From positions 13,036-77,035 of the forward strand of contig JAGASM010000006.1 in the NCBI GenBank assembly GCA_017621735.1: a stretch of DNA of 64,000 bases, read 5' to 3'. This DNA is from Clostridia bacterium. Its GTDB lineage: Bacteria > Bacillota > Clostridia > Christensenellales > Borkfalkiaceae. This document shows positions 19,651 through 28,061 of this stretch, in pieces. The notes below the pieces were generated by a model. It was not told where the DNA came from and did not search any database. It saw only the letters and a program-made list of their open reading frames with translations. The translations under genes and the position numbers were made by a program. Numbering within the stretch: the stretch's first letter is position 1; each line of letters begins with the position of its first letter.

Positions 19651-20189
19651 CGGTACTCGTTTGTGCACTTATATCGCTTGTACTGCTCTTTGCCGACCTT
19701 GTCATCAAGGGTTGGGCGGAAGCGGTCAACGTTTATCAGGCGGACTATTTTCTCGGATTTATCCGTTGGAATTTTGAAGAAAATCCCGGTATGGCATTCG
19801 GAATGCTCGCGAATAACCGCACGGGCATGATTGTCATCACGGCATTGACCGTCGTCATGATCATCGGACTTGTCGTTCTCTTCTTTACCGCGTTCAAACA
19901 CAATAAACCCGCGCGAGTGGGGCTTGCGATCATCGAGGCGGGCGCGATCGGGAACTTGGTCGACAGACTCATTCTCGGTTACGTACGCGACATGGTAGAC
20001 GTTTCGCCCATCGGATTTGGGGTTTGTAACTTTGCCGACTTCTACATAACGGGCGGCGCGGTTTTCTTGATCTTCGTCATCATGTTTATCGGAAAGGACG
20101 CCGTACTTCCCTTAAAAAAGAAGTGGCGGGACGCGGCAAAAGCGGAAGCGGAAGAGAAAGAAAGGGCAAAGGCAGCCAAAAAGCAATGA
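19647..20189 (+). CDS. lspA: Lipoprotein signal peptidase II
   Basis: GNLVDRLILGYVRDM and NFADFYITGG motifs; four TM helices. Confidence 0.9.
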   Translation: MTVLVCALISLVLLFADLVIKGWAEAVNVYQADYFLGFIRWNFEENPGMAFGMLANNRTGMIVITALTVVMIIGLVVLFFTAFKHNKPARVGLAIIEAGAIGNLVDRLILGYVRDMVDVSPIGFGVCNFADFYITGGAVFLIFVIMFIGKDAVLPLKKKWRDAAKAEAEEKERAKAAKKQ

Positions 20190-21097
20190 ACAAACGGTAT
20201 TTTACTGCTGAAAGCGAATGTTCCCGCGTAGACAATTTTCTTGCCGAACAGTTGGAAATGACTCGTTCTGCGGTCAAAAAACTCGCGGACGGCGGACTTG
20301 TTCGCATCAACGGGAAAACGGTAAAAGCGGGACAGTCCGTAAGGACGGGGGACGGCGTGGAAGTGGAAATACCGGAACCGCAACCGATTTGCGCCAAGGC
20401 GGAAAATATCCCCATTGATATCGTTTATCAAGACGAAGATCTTGCCGTCGTCAACAAAGCGCAAGGAATGACGGTGCACGCGGGCAACGGCAACGCGGAC
20501 GGGACGCTCGTCAACGCGCTGTTGTATCATCTCGATTGTTTAAGCGGAATTAACGGCGCCATTCGTCCGGGGATCGTTCACCGCATCGATAAGGACACCT
20601 CGGGACTTCTCGTCGTTGCCAAAAACGACAAAGCGCACGTTTCCCTTTCCAAGCAAATTGCCGAAAAAACGTGTAAGCGGGAATATCTCGCCCTTTTAGA
20701 AGGAGTGGTAAAAGAAGAGAGCGGGCGCATCGTTACGGAGATCGGACGGAATCCTTCCGACCGTCTTCAAATGGCGGTACTTCCCGAAGGACGGGGCAAG
20801 ATTGCCATTACCGATTTTTTTGTCGAGGAGCGGTTTGCGCGCAATACGCTCATGCGGTTTTCCCTTTGTACGGGACGCACGCATCAAATTCGCGTTCACG
20901 CAAAGCATATCGGGCACCCCGTGGTGGGGGATCCCGTATACGGATATAAAAAGCAGAGGTTTGAGTTGAACGGGCAATTACTCCATGCCTTTTCCCTCAC
21001 TCTCACACACCCGACAACGGGCGAGGAAATGACGTTTTCGGCGCCGCTTCCCGCCTACTTTGAACGAATTTTACAAATCGTAAGGAGGGAAGTATGA
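20186..21097 (+). CDS. rluD: RluA-family 23S rRNA pseudouridine synthase (RluD-like)
   Basis: S4 domain followed by HRIDKDTSGLLVVAK and HQIRVH motifs. ATG 20186 overlaps the lspA stop; the ORF opens at 20123. Confidence 0.9.
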   Translation: MNKRYFTAESECSRVDNFLAEQLEMTRSAVKKLADGGLVRINGKTVKAGQSVRTGDGVEVEIPEPQPICAKAENIPIDIVYQDEDLAVVNKAQGMTVHAGNGNADGTLVNALLYHLDCLSGINGAIRPGIVHRIDKDTSGLLVVAKNDKAHVSLSKQIAEKTCKREYLALLEGVVKEESGRIVTEIGRNPSDRLQMAVLPEGRGKIAITDFFVEERFARNTLMRFSLCTGRTHQIRVHAKHIGHPVVGDPVYGYKKQRFELNGQLLHAFSLTLTHPTTGEEMTFSAPLPAYFERILQIVRREV

Positions 21098-21633
21098 TTA
21101 CGATTATGGAAAAAGAAGGAATCGACCGCGCCATTGCACGGATCGCTTCCGAGGCGGTTGAACACAACGACGGGGTGCAAGATCTCGTCATCATCGGCAT
21201 TCGCACGCGCGGGGTAATCGTCGCACGCAGGTTGCAAGAGGCGATTGCAAAACAGGAAGGGGTGCTCCTTCCCGTCGGGATCTTGGACATTGCATTGCAA
21301 CGGGACGATCTTTTGTCGGGAACTTGTCGCGCCGTGTTTAAGGGAAGCGAGATCGACTTTGACGTCAACGGGAAAAACGTGATATTGTGCGACGACGTCA
21401 TGTACACGGGGCGGACGATTCGCGCGGCGATTTCGGCGCTCAACGGAATGGGACGGGCAAAGAATATCCGTCTTTATACGCTCGTCGATAGGGGGCATCG
21501 CGAACTTCCCTTCCGTGCGGACGGAACGGGGAAAAACGTCCCCACGTCCTCGCGCGAAAAAATCGTCGTTCATTTCAAAGAAACGGACGGAAAGGAAGGC
21601 GTTTACCTTCTTAAAGAAAACGAAACGTTATAA
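21094..21633 (+). CDS. pyrR: Bifunctional pyrimidine regulator / uracil phosphoribosyltransferase PyrR
   Basis: VILCDDVMYTGRTIRAA PRPP motif and the LVDRGHRELP signature. Confidence 0.9.
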   Translation: MITIMEKEGIDRAIARIASEAVEHNDGVQDLVIIGIRTRGVIVARRLQEAIAKQEGVLLPVGILDIALQRDDLLSGTCRAVFKGSEIDFDVNGKNVILCDDVMYTGRTIRAAISALNGMGRAKNIRLYTLVDRGHRELPFRADGTGKNVPTSSREKIVVHFKETDGKEGVYLLKENETL

Positions 21634-21645
21634 AGGAGATATTTT

Positions 21646-21945
21646 ATGGCTAAAAAACAACGTTCGGAAGGCGCGGCAAAGAACAGTCTTGTCCGCATTT
21701 GTTGTTACGTGGCGCTTATTTTGGCGGCAGTTTTGATTTTGGTGTACAACGTGCTCCCGCTCATCGGCGTCAATATCGGAGGAAAAGTTATCGGCGCACT
21801 TTCTCTCGTCAAAGACATTGCGCTTTTGCTCGGCATCGGGTTTGGCGCGTATGCGTTTGCCGCTTCGCACGGAAAGGCGGCGAAGATCGTCTTTTGGATT
21901 GCGCTCGTCGTTTACGTCGCAAGCGCAATTTGCGGATTGTTCTAA
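21646..21945 (+). CDS. Small hypothetical membrane protein (3 predicted TM helices)
   Basis: GGAG lies 7 nt upstream of the ATG. The protein is hydrophobic and a terminator follows. Confidence 0.55.
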   Translation: MAKKQRSEGAAKNSLVRICCYVALILAAVLILVYNVLPLIGVNIGGKVIGALSLVKDIALLLGIGFGAYAFAASHGKAAKIVFWIALVVYVASAICGLF

Positions 21946-21960
21946 AGTTGAAAAGAGAGG

Positions 21961-21987
21961 AAAACGGCGGAAACGCCGTTTTTTTCT
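21961..21987 (+). terminator. Rho-independent terminator
   Basis: ACGGCG-GAAA-CGCCGT stem followed by T7. Confidence 0.75.
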
Positions 21988-22021
21988 TTACAAAAAAGAG
22001 AAAAGACATTATAATAAAGTC

Positions 22022-23281
22022 ATGTTGAAAATTAGCGCAGTGAGAAAAAAATCTTCCGCGGCGAGCGCGGGGATCAAAGCAGGGGACGAAATCGTTCGTA
22101 TCGACGGAAAACCCGCCGTCGACGAGTTGGATTTTTTATTCCGCGAAGGGGAAGAGGTCGAACTTGAAATTTTAGAAAAAGGGACGTTTCGCGTTTGCAC
22201 GGACGAGTTGTCCGTCAAGTCGGAAAACGACGTGCGCACCTGCCACAATCATTGCGTTTTTTGTTTCGTCGACCAAATGCCGTACGGCATGCGTGAAAGC
22301 CTTTACGTCAAAGACGACGACTATACAATGAGTTTTGAATGCGGAAATTTTGTAACGCTTACCAACCTTTCCGATGAAGAACTCGACCGCATTATTCGCT
22401 TAAATCTTTCTCCGCTGTACGTTTCCGTGCATACCATGACGCCGGAATTGCGGTGCGAATTGCTCCGCAACCGCTTTGCAGGTAAAATCGTAGAGCAAAT
22501 CGAACGGCTTACGTCGGCGGGAATTACCCTCCATTGCCAAGCGGTGATCGTGCCGGGACAAAACGACGGGGAAGACTTAAAACGGACGGCGAGAAAACTT
22601 TTTTCCTATTATCCCCAAGTGCAAGATTTGGCAGTTGTTCCCACGGGGCTCACCAAGTATCGCGAAGGTCTTACGCCGATATCGGACGTCGACGGAGAAT
22701 ACAGCGCGTCCCTTTTGGACGAGATAGATCGGTTAAACGGGGAGTTTGGCGTAAACTTCGTGCTCCCTGCCGACGAATACTTTATCAAAGCGAAACGGCA
22801 ATTCCCGCCCGTCGAATTTTACGGTGATTTTTCGCAAATCGAAAACGGGATCGGCATGACGAGCAAATTGCTTTCGGAGTTTGAAAATGCGGCGCGTCCC
22901 GCCCGTCGTAAAAAACCTACGCGCGTTTTGTGCGTATGCGGTATGAGCGCGTCGGGCGTCGTTGAATCGCTTTGCAAAAAGGCGAACGACCTTGTGGAAA
23001 ATTTACAGGCGAGCGCCTTCCCCGTAATAAACACCTTTTTTGGGGAAACGGTTACTTGTACGGGGCTTTTGACGGGACAGGACATTTTCGCCGCGCTTTC
23101 TCGCGCGCGCGGAACGTACGACGAGGTGCTCATTCCGTCGGATACGTTAAAATCGTTTGAGGACGTGTTCCTTTGCGGAATGACATTGAAAGAATTAAAA
23201 AAGAAATTACGTTTTAAGAAAATCCGCGTCAATGCGGACGGAGGGGAGGGGCTTTTCCGCCTCCTTTCCCGCGGAAAATAA
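22022..23281 (+). CDS. PDZ + radical-SAM-like DUF512 protein
   Basis: PDZ-like N-terminus (GIKAGDEIVRIDG) and the CX3CX2C motif CHNHCVFC. It sits immediately upstream of der. ATG 22022; the ORF opens at 21818. Confidence 0.8.
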   Translation: MLKISAVRKKSSAASAGIKAGDEIVRIDGKPAVDELDFLFREGEEVELEILEKGTFRVCTDELSVKSENDVRTCHNHCVFCFVDQMPYGMRESLYVKDDDYTMSFECGNFVTLTNLSDEELDRIIRLNLSPLYVSVHTMTPELRCELLRNRFAGKIVEQIERLTSAGITLHCQAVIVPGQNDGEDLKRTARKLFSYYPQVQDLAVVPTGLTKYREGLTPISDVDGEYSASLLDEIDRLNGEFGVNFVLPADEYFIKAKRQFPPVEFYGDFSQIENGIGMTSKLLSEFENAARPARRKKPTRVLCVCGMSASGVVESLCKKANDLVENLQASAFPVINTFFGETVTCTGLLTGQDIFAALSRARGTYDEVLIPSDTLKSFEDVFLCGMTLKELKKKLRFKKIRVNADGGEGLFRLLSRGK

Positions 23282-23290
23282 GGAGGCAAT

Positions 23291-24604
23291 ATGGCAAATC
23301 CTTTGGTTGCGATCGTAGGTCGCCCCAACGTGGGCAAGAGTACCTTTTTCAATAAGGTCGCAGGGAGAAAAATATCTATTACGGAAGATCGGCCGGGCGT
23401 TACGCGCGACCGTATCTACGTGGATTGCGAATGGCGCGGAAAGCCGTTTACGCTCGTCGATACGGGCGGAATCGAACTGAAAAGCGAGGACACGATGTGG
23501 ATTCACATCGCCCGTCAAGCGGAGGTTGCCATCGAAACGGCGGACGTCATTTTATTTTTTACGGACGGAATGGAAGGGCTTACCACGTCCGATTACGACG
23601 TGGCGGACAAACTTCGCCGTTGTAAAAAACCCGTCGTCTTAGTCGTCAATAAAATCGACGATTATTCTCCCGACAAACTGTTTGAGTTTTATTCGCTCGG
23701 CTTGGGCGAGCCTTACGCCGTATCATCCGAACATTCTCAAGGAATCGGCGACGTCTTGGACGAGGCGGTTTCTTATTTTGAGAAAGGGGAAACGGAAGAA
23801 GTCGAGTCGTTGAAAATTGCCGTTGTCGGAAAGCCGAACGCGGGCAAATCCTCTCTTGTCAATAAGTTGCTCGGGGAAGATCGGAGCATTGTAACGAATA
23901 TTGCGGGAACGACGCGGGACGCCATCGATACGACGTTTGACCGCAACGGAAAAAAGTACACCATTATCGACACGGCGGGCATTCGCCGTAAACGGTCGGT
24001 AGAAGACGACGTGGAATACTATTCCGTGCTTCGTGCATTCGACGCGGTGCGCCGTGCGGACGTCTGTATGCTCGTCGTCGATTGCAACGAGGGATTGACG
24101 GAGCAAGACGTCAAAATTATCGGTTACGTTCACGAACAGGGAAAACCTTCCCTTATCGTCATGAATAAGTGGGACGTCATCGAAAAGGATACGCATACCA
24201 TTCTCCGCTTTGAGGAAAAACTCAAACAGGATTTGAAATTTATGGATTACTATAAGTCCGTCTACATCTCGGCAAAAACGGGACAACGCACGGAAAAGTT
24301 GCTTTCGCTCGCCGAAGAGGTGTACGCGCATGCAAACTTCCGCGTCCCGACGGGCGCGCTCAACGACTTGTTGATGGACGCAATGCGCATTAGCGAACCG
24401 CCGTCTTATCTCGGTCGCCGTATGAAAATGTATTACGCTTCGCAAGTTGCGGTATGTCCGCCGATGTTCGTCTTGTTCGTCAACGACGACAGACTGTTGC
24501 ACTTCTCCTATCAACGGTATTTGGAAAACGTCATTCGGGACGCGTACGACTTTACGGGGACTCCGATTCGCATTCAGGTACGCAACAAAAAGGAAGATCA
24601 ATGA
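23291..24604 (+). CDS. der: Ribosome-biogenesis GTPase Der (EngA)
   Basis: Two GTPase domains (GRPNVGKST and GKPNAGKSS) plus a KH-like C-terminus. Confidence 0.95.
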   Translation: MANPLVAIVGRPNVGKSTFFNKVAGRKISITEDRPGVTRDRIYVDCEWRGKPFTLVDTGGIELKSEDTMWIHIARQAEVAIETADVILFFTDGMEGLTTSDYDVADKLRRCKKPVVLVVNKIDDYSPDKLFEFYSLGLGEPYAVSSEHSQGIGDVLDEAVSYFEKGETEEVESLKIAVVGKPNAGKSSLVNKLLGEDRSIVTNIAGTTRDAIDTTFDRNGKKYTIIDTAGIRRKRSVEDDVEYYSVLRAFDAVRRADVCMLVVDCNEGLTEQDVKIIGYVHEQGKPSLIVMNKWDVIEKDTHTILRFEEKLKQDLKFMDYYKSVYISAKTGQRTEKLLSLAEEVYAHANFRVPTGALNDLLMDAMRISEPPSYLGRRMKMYYASQVAVCPPMFVLFVNDDRLLHFSYQRYLENVIRDAYDFTGTPIRIQVRNKKEDQ

Positions 24605-25338
24605 AAGAATTGTACGTTTCAAACAGTTGGTATTGGTTTGTCCTTTGCGCCGTCGTATGCTATTTGATCGGGTGTTTTAACTTTGCTATCATCATCGCCC
24701 GTCGGCGGAATCAAGACGTCCGAAAAATCGGAAGCGGCAACCCCGGCACAATGAACATCAGCCGCGAATTTGGGTTAAAAGTAGGGCTTGCGAACTTTTT
24801 GCTTGATGCATTGAAAGGGGGGATCCCCGCCGTCGTCAGTTATTTTTGTTTCCGCGGATTCGTGTTCGCGGGGACGGAAATCGCCGTGTCCGACTTTACG
24901 CGGTATCTGTGCGGAGTGTTTGTCATCATCGGACATATTTATCCCGTTACGATGCGCTTTCACGGCGGAAAGGGAATTGCCTCTACGCTCGGACTCTTTT
25001 GGTTGAGTTTAGGGTGTGAAGATCCGTGGTATTTGCTCATCGGCTTTGGGGGACTTCTTCTCGTCGTGGCGTATATCGCTTTTACCGAGTGGGGCTCTAT
25101 GGGCTCGCTTCTTGGGGTAAGCGGATTTAGCATTTGGCAAGCGGTTATTTTCTTTTTCCGTTACGAAGGCGTTTTGCAAAACGGGTACGTCATTTGCTTG
25201 TTCGTACTCTTGCTTGCATTGAACTTTCTCACGTGGTTTGCGCATCGGAAAAACCTTGTTCGGTTATTTGCGGGGGAAGAACACCGCACGTCCGTCAAAA
25301 AACTTTCCAAAGGCAAACGCGGAAAAGAAAACATGTAA
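24601..25338 (+). CDS. plsY: Glycerol-3-phosphate acyltransferase PlsY
   Basis: GSGNPGTMN and HGGKGIA motifs. ATGA overlap with the der stop; the ORF opens at 24454. Confidence 0.9.
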   Translation: MKELYVSNSWYWFVLCAVVCYLIGCFNFAIIIARRRNQDVRKIGSGNPGTMNISREFGLKVGLANFLLDALKGGIPAVVSYFCFRGFVFAGTEIAVSDFTRYLCGVFVIIGHIYPVTMRFHGGKGIASTLGLFWLSLGCEDPWYLLIGFGGLLLVVAYIAFTEWGSMGSLLGVSGFSIWQAVIFFFRYEGVLQNGYVICLFVLLLALNFLTWFAHRKNLVRLFAGEEHRTSVKKLSKGKRGKENM

Positions 25339-25347
25339 CGTAAGTAA

Positions 25348-25377
25348 TAAACGGCACGCTGTAAGCGTGCCGTTTTA
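25348..25377. terminator. Bidirectional terminator between plsY and the convergent redox operon
   Basis: ACGGCACGC-N5-GCGTGCCGT stem flanked by A- and T-runs. Confidence 0.7.
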
Positions 25378-25399
25378 CGTTGTATATTTGTTTGTGTCG

Positions 25400-27070
25400 T
25401 TACTCCTGTGGCATTTCGCCCGTTTGGAAGTAAGCGTCGAGAAGGCGTTCTAAATCGCCCTCTTGAACGGAGCCGAGGCGGCGATAAAGGATGGTTCCTT
25501 CCTCATCTACAATAACGGTAACGGGCCAAACGTTTCCGCCTTGCAGTTGTGCGTACAAATCGACTTCCGCCGTATCTTGCAAGAAGTAGGCAGGGGTTCC
25601 GCCCCATTCTTTAATTTCGTAAATGTACGAATAGACGTCCTCTACAACGCCTTTGCCGTGAATGATGGCGACGTCAACTTGATCTTGATAGTCGCTTGCA
25701 ACCTTTAAGAAGTGGGGAATTTCTCCCACGCACGGGGTGCAGTAGGTCGTCCAGAAGTTGAGGATTACCACCTTTCCTTCGCCTTGCGAAAGGGAATACG
25801 TGCCCGTCGTTCCGTCCTCGTTGTAGACGGAGAGGGTAAAGTCGGGACAAAGATTGCCCACCTCGTGCCCAATTCCGTCCGTACCCGGCGGGGGAGTGGG
25901 GGCAGGCTCTTCGTGAATAAAGTTATAATACACGAGCGCCGAAATTAGAACGATGAGCGCAACGCCCCAAGCGGCGAGGGAGATCCACTTAATTTTCCGC
26001 GCTCTTTTGCTTGCGGATGGGGTGGAAACGGGAACTTCCGCAACCGCGTCAACCGCTTGTCCTGTTGCATTTTCTTGCTCGGTAGGTTGTGCGGAACCCT
26101 CGTTCGGTTGCGCGCCTTCCGCGCTCGATTTCAGAAATGCGCCGAGGGGACGGGGAGGCTCTACGGGTGCGGGAATTTCTTCCGCGTTTGGATGCACGAA
26201 CAGTTTGCTTCCCTTCCAAGAGATCGCCTTTGCGGGGCAAACGTCGATACATTCCCCGCATTGAACGCATTCGTGATCGCCGACGCGCTTGATATCCAAC
26301 TTACAGTGCGCGACGCAAAGACCGCAGTCGGTACACTTGTTTTTGTCTAATTTAATGCCGAGCAGGGAGATCTTCGAGAAAAATCCGTAGATCGCGCCGA
26401 GCGGACAAAGGAAACGGCAAAACGCGCGGAAGATAAATACGCTCGCGACCAAAATAGCGATCATGAGGGAGAACTTCCACGTAAACAAACTGCCGAGCAT
26501 CGGTAAATATGCCTCGTTGCTTGGATTGCTCAAAAGCCCGATTGCGCCGAGGAGCGTTCCCGACGGGCAGATATATTTACAGAATGCGGGGAGGGGCAAT
26601 GCACCCGCCGCATACGTAAGGGGCAATGCGACGACGAATACGACCAAAACGACGTATTTTAAGTAAGAAAGAACGCGCGTTGCCTTACTCTTTTTCAATT
26701 TCGGCGTTTTAATTTTATAGACGAGTTCTTGAATGAGTCCAAACGGGCAAAGAAATCCGCAAATCGTCCGTCCCAAAATAAGCCCGAACAAAATGATAAT
26801 GCCAAAGATATAGAAGGGCAACCGCGTGCCCGATTGTGCCAATGCGTTTTGCAATGCGCCCAAGGGGCAAGAGCCGATCGCGCCGGGACAAGAATAACAG
26901 TTCAGTCCCGGAACGCACATGTTTTTCGAACCGCCCGTGTAAATCTTCCCCGTCTTAAACCCTTTCAGGTTGGCGTTCGTCAAAAGTGCTGCATAAAGTT
27001 GAATGATTCTGCGCTTCGTCGGTTTATGACGCTTGAACCAATCTCCGATTTTTTTGAAAAACTTCTTCAT
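25400..27070 (-). CDS. Membrane polyferredoxin (NapH/MauN-like 4Fe-4S protein) fused to a C-terminal TlpA/ResA-like thioredoxin domain
   Basis: N-terminal Cys clusters (CVPGLNCYSCPGAIGSCPLG, CGFLCPFG, CKYICPSG, CRFLCPLG) and two ferredoxin motifs (CTDCGLCVAHC, CVQCGECIDVCP). A low-complexity linker and an extra TM helix follow, then a thioredoxin fold with WTTYCTPC. ATG 27070 lies 1 nt after the upstream stop; the ORF opens at 27178. Confidence 0.8.
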   Translation of the reverse strand: MKKFFKKIGDWFKRHKPTKRRIIQLYAALLTNANLKGFKTGKIYTGGSKNMCVPGLNCYSCPGAIGSCPLGALQNALAQSGTRLPFYIFGIIILFGLILGRTICGFLCPFGLIQELVYKIKTPKLKKSKATRVLSYLKYVVLVVFVVALPLTYAAGALPLPAFCKYICPSGTLLGAIGLLSNPSNEAYLPMLGSLFTWKFSLMIAILVASVFIFRAFCRFLCPLGAIYGFFSKISLLGIKLDKNKCTDCGLCVAHCKLDIKRVGDHECVQCGECIDVCPAKAISWKGSKLFVHPNAEEIPAPVEPPRPLGAFLKSSAEGAQPNEGSAQPTEQENATGQAVDAVAEVPVSTPSASKRARKIKWISLAAWGVALIVLISALVYYNFIHEEPAPTPPPGTDGIGHEVGNLCPDFTLSVYNEDGTTGTYSLSQGEGKVVILNFWTTYCTPCVGEIPHFLKVASDYQDQVDVAIIHGKGVVEDVYSYIYEIKEWGGTPAYFLQDTAEVDLYAQLQGGNVWPVTVIVDEEGTILYRRLGSVQEGDLERLLDAYFQTGEMPQE

Positions 27071-27071
27071 A

Positions 27072-27893
27072 TTACCCCAACCCGATACATTCCGTACAAA
27101 TATTGATTGCCTTGACGAGAACGTCGTGCATTCCGCCGTTTGCAATTCCGATGCCGACGAACGCCGCGCCGACAGCAAACAGCACCGCGCGGACGACGTT
27201 GACCGTCAAATCGGAAGAAAGGACGCTCAAAAGAGGGCGTTGTTTCGCGACGTAAGGAGCGGCTGCGCGATTGCCCATTGCAATGAGTTTTTTTACGTGT
27301 TCCGTTTCTCGCTTAACGCTCATGCCTTCGAATACGATTGCGGCAAGGCATACGGCGACGGAGGCGACTACCCAAGGCAGTACGTGAAGGAGCATTTGTT
27401 TGACTTCTTTCGTTACGTCTTCCGCGGGGAAGTTTTTTCCGTTTAACAAATAAATCAGACTAAACGTCAGCGCGATCGCACACACGGCAAGGCAAATCCC
27501 CCAAGCGATTTTACGGGAAAGCCGTTCTTTTTGAATTGCCTTTTTAGGTAAAAACGTAGATTCGCTCATTTGTACGTCGACGTGCGTAGAAAGGCGGGCG
27601 AGTGTTTTTTTTGCGTCCCGTTCCGCTTTCAACGGTTGTTTTTGGGGAGGAAAAACGAAAAAGAGCACGCCGCCTGCCACGACCGCCGCCACGAAAAGCC
27701 ATACGGGAATTGCAATTTGAGCAAATTTTTCCGCAATGATCTCGGGCGTATAGATGGACGTCGCGCCTGCGTTCGTTGCCGTTTGATAGATATTTGCCGC
27801 CTGCACGATAAATAAAATTCCGATTACCGCCGTAAACAGGGCGAGAAAGACGGAATAGATCAAGCGGACGAGGTTTTTTCGTTCTTGCGTCAT
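27072..27893 (-). CDS. Five-TM membrane protein with a C-terminal CXXC tail (CD1871A-like motif ...KAINICTECIGLG)
   Basis: Five hydrophobic helices. The last 40 aa resemble, from memory, the small 'CD1871A family CXXC motif' proteins that pair with this type of 4Fe-4S protein. Confidence 0.65.
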   Translation of the reverse strand: MTQERKNLVRLIYSVFLALFTAVIGILFIVQAANIYQTATNAGATSIYTPEIIAEKFAQIAIPVWLFVAAVVAGGVLFFVFPPQKQPLKAERDAKKTLARLSTHVDVQMSESTFLPKKAIQKERLSRKIAWGICLAVCAIALTFSLIYLLNGKNFPAEDVTKEVKQMLLHVLPWVVASVAVCLAAIVFEGMSVKRETEHVKKLIAMGNRAAAPYVAKQRPLLSVLSSDLTVNVVRAVLFAVGAAFVGIGIANGGMHDVLVKAINICTECIGLG

Positions 27894-28061
27894 GAAGATC
27901 CTCCATTGTAAGCATCGCTTACAATCTTTGTATAATTATACAATAAGGTAAGGGACAAGTCAAGTAAAAAGCAATTTTTTGTTTGTTTGAACTGCATGGG
28001 CTTGACACCGTTTGAAAAAAAGGGTATGCTATAATGGATAAAATTATACGGAAGAAATGTC

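Noticed and set aside
21946-21990. A possible PyrR-binding loop (AAAAGAGAGGAA) near pyrR.
   Set aside because: It matches only part of the ARUCCAGAGAGGYU consensus, lacks the UCCAG core, and is simply the 5' flank of a terminator. No pyr biosynthetic genes follow.
23723-24622. Long antisense ORFs opposite confidently identified genes. Examples are 23723..24622 (opposite der), 39891..40814 (phosphoglucomutase), 45516..46352 (ABC/rpsU region), 53414..54145 (priA) and 62941..63648 (DAK2).
   Set aside because: They are shadow ORFs with Arg/Ser/Phe-rich, low-complexity composition and no family resemblance. The sense-strand genes have diagnostic motifs.
27056-27122. An apparent 1-nt inconsistency when I hand-translated the printed sequence around the junction of the two redox genes. 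It could have been taken for a frameshift.
   Set aside because: The ORF-track coordinates and translations are internally consistent across this stretch: ORFs 25400..27178, 26729..27106 and 27072..27893 all agree. I attribute the discrepancy to my reading of homopolymer runs at line breaks and used the track coordinates. No frameshift is claimed.
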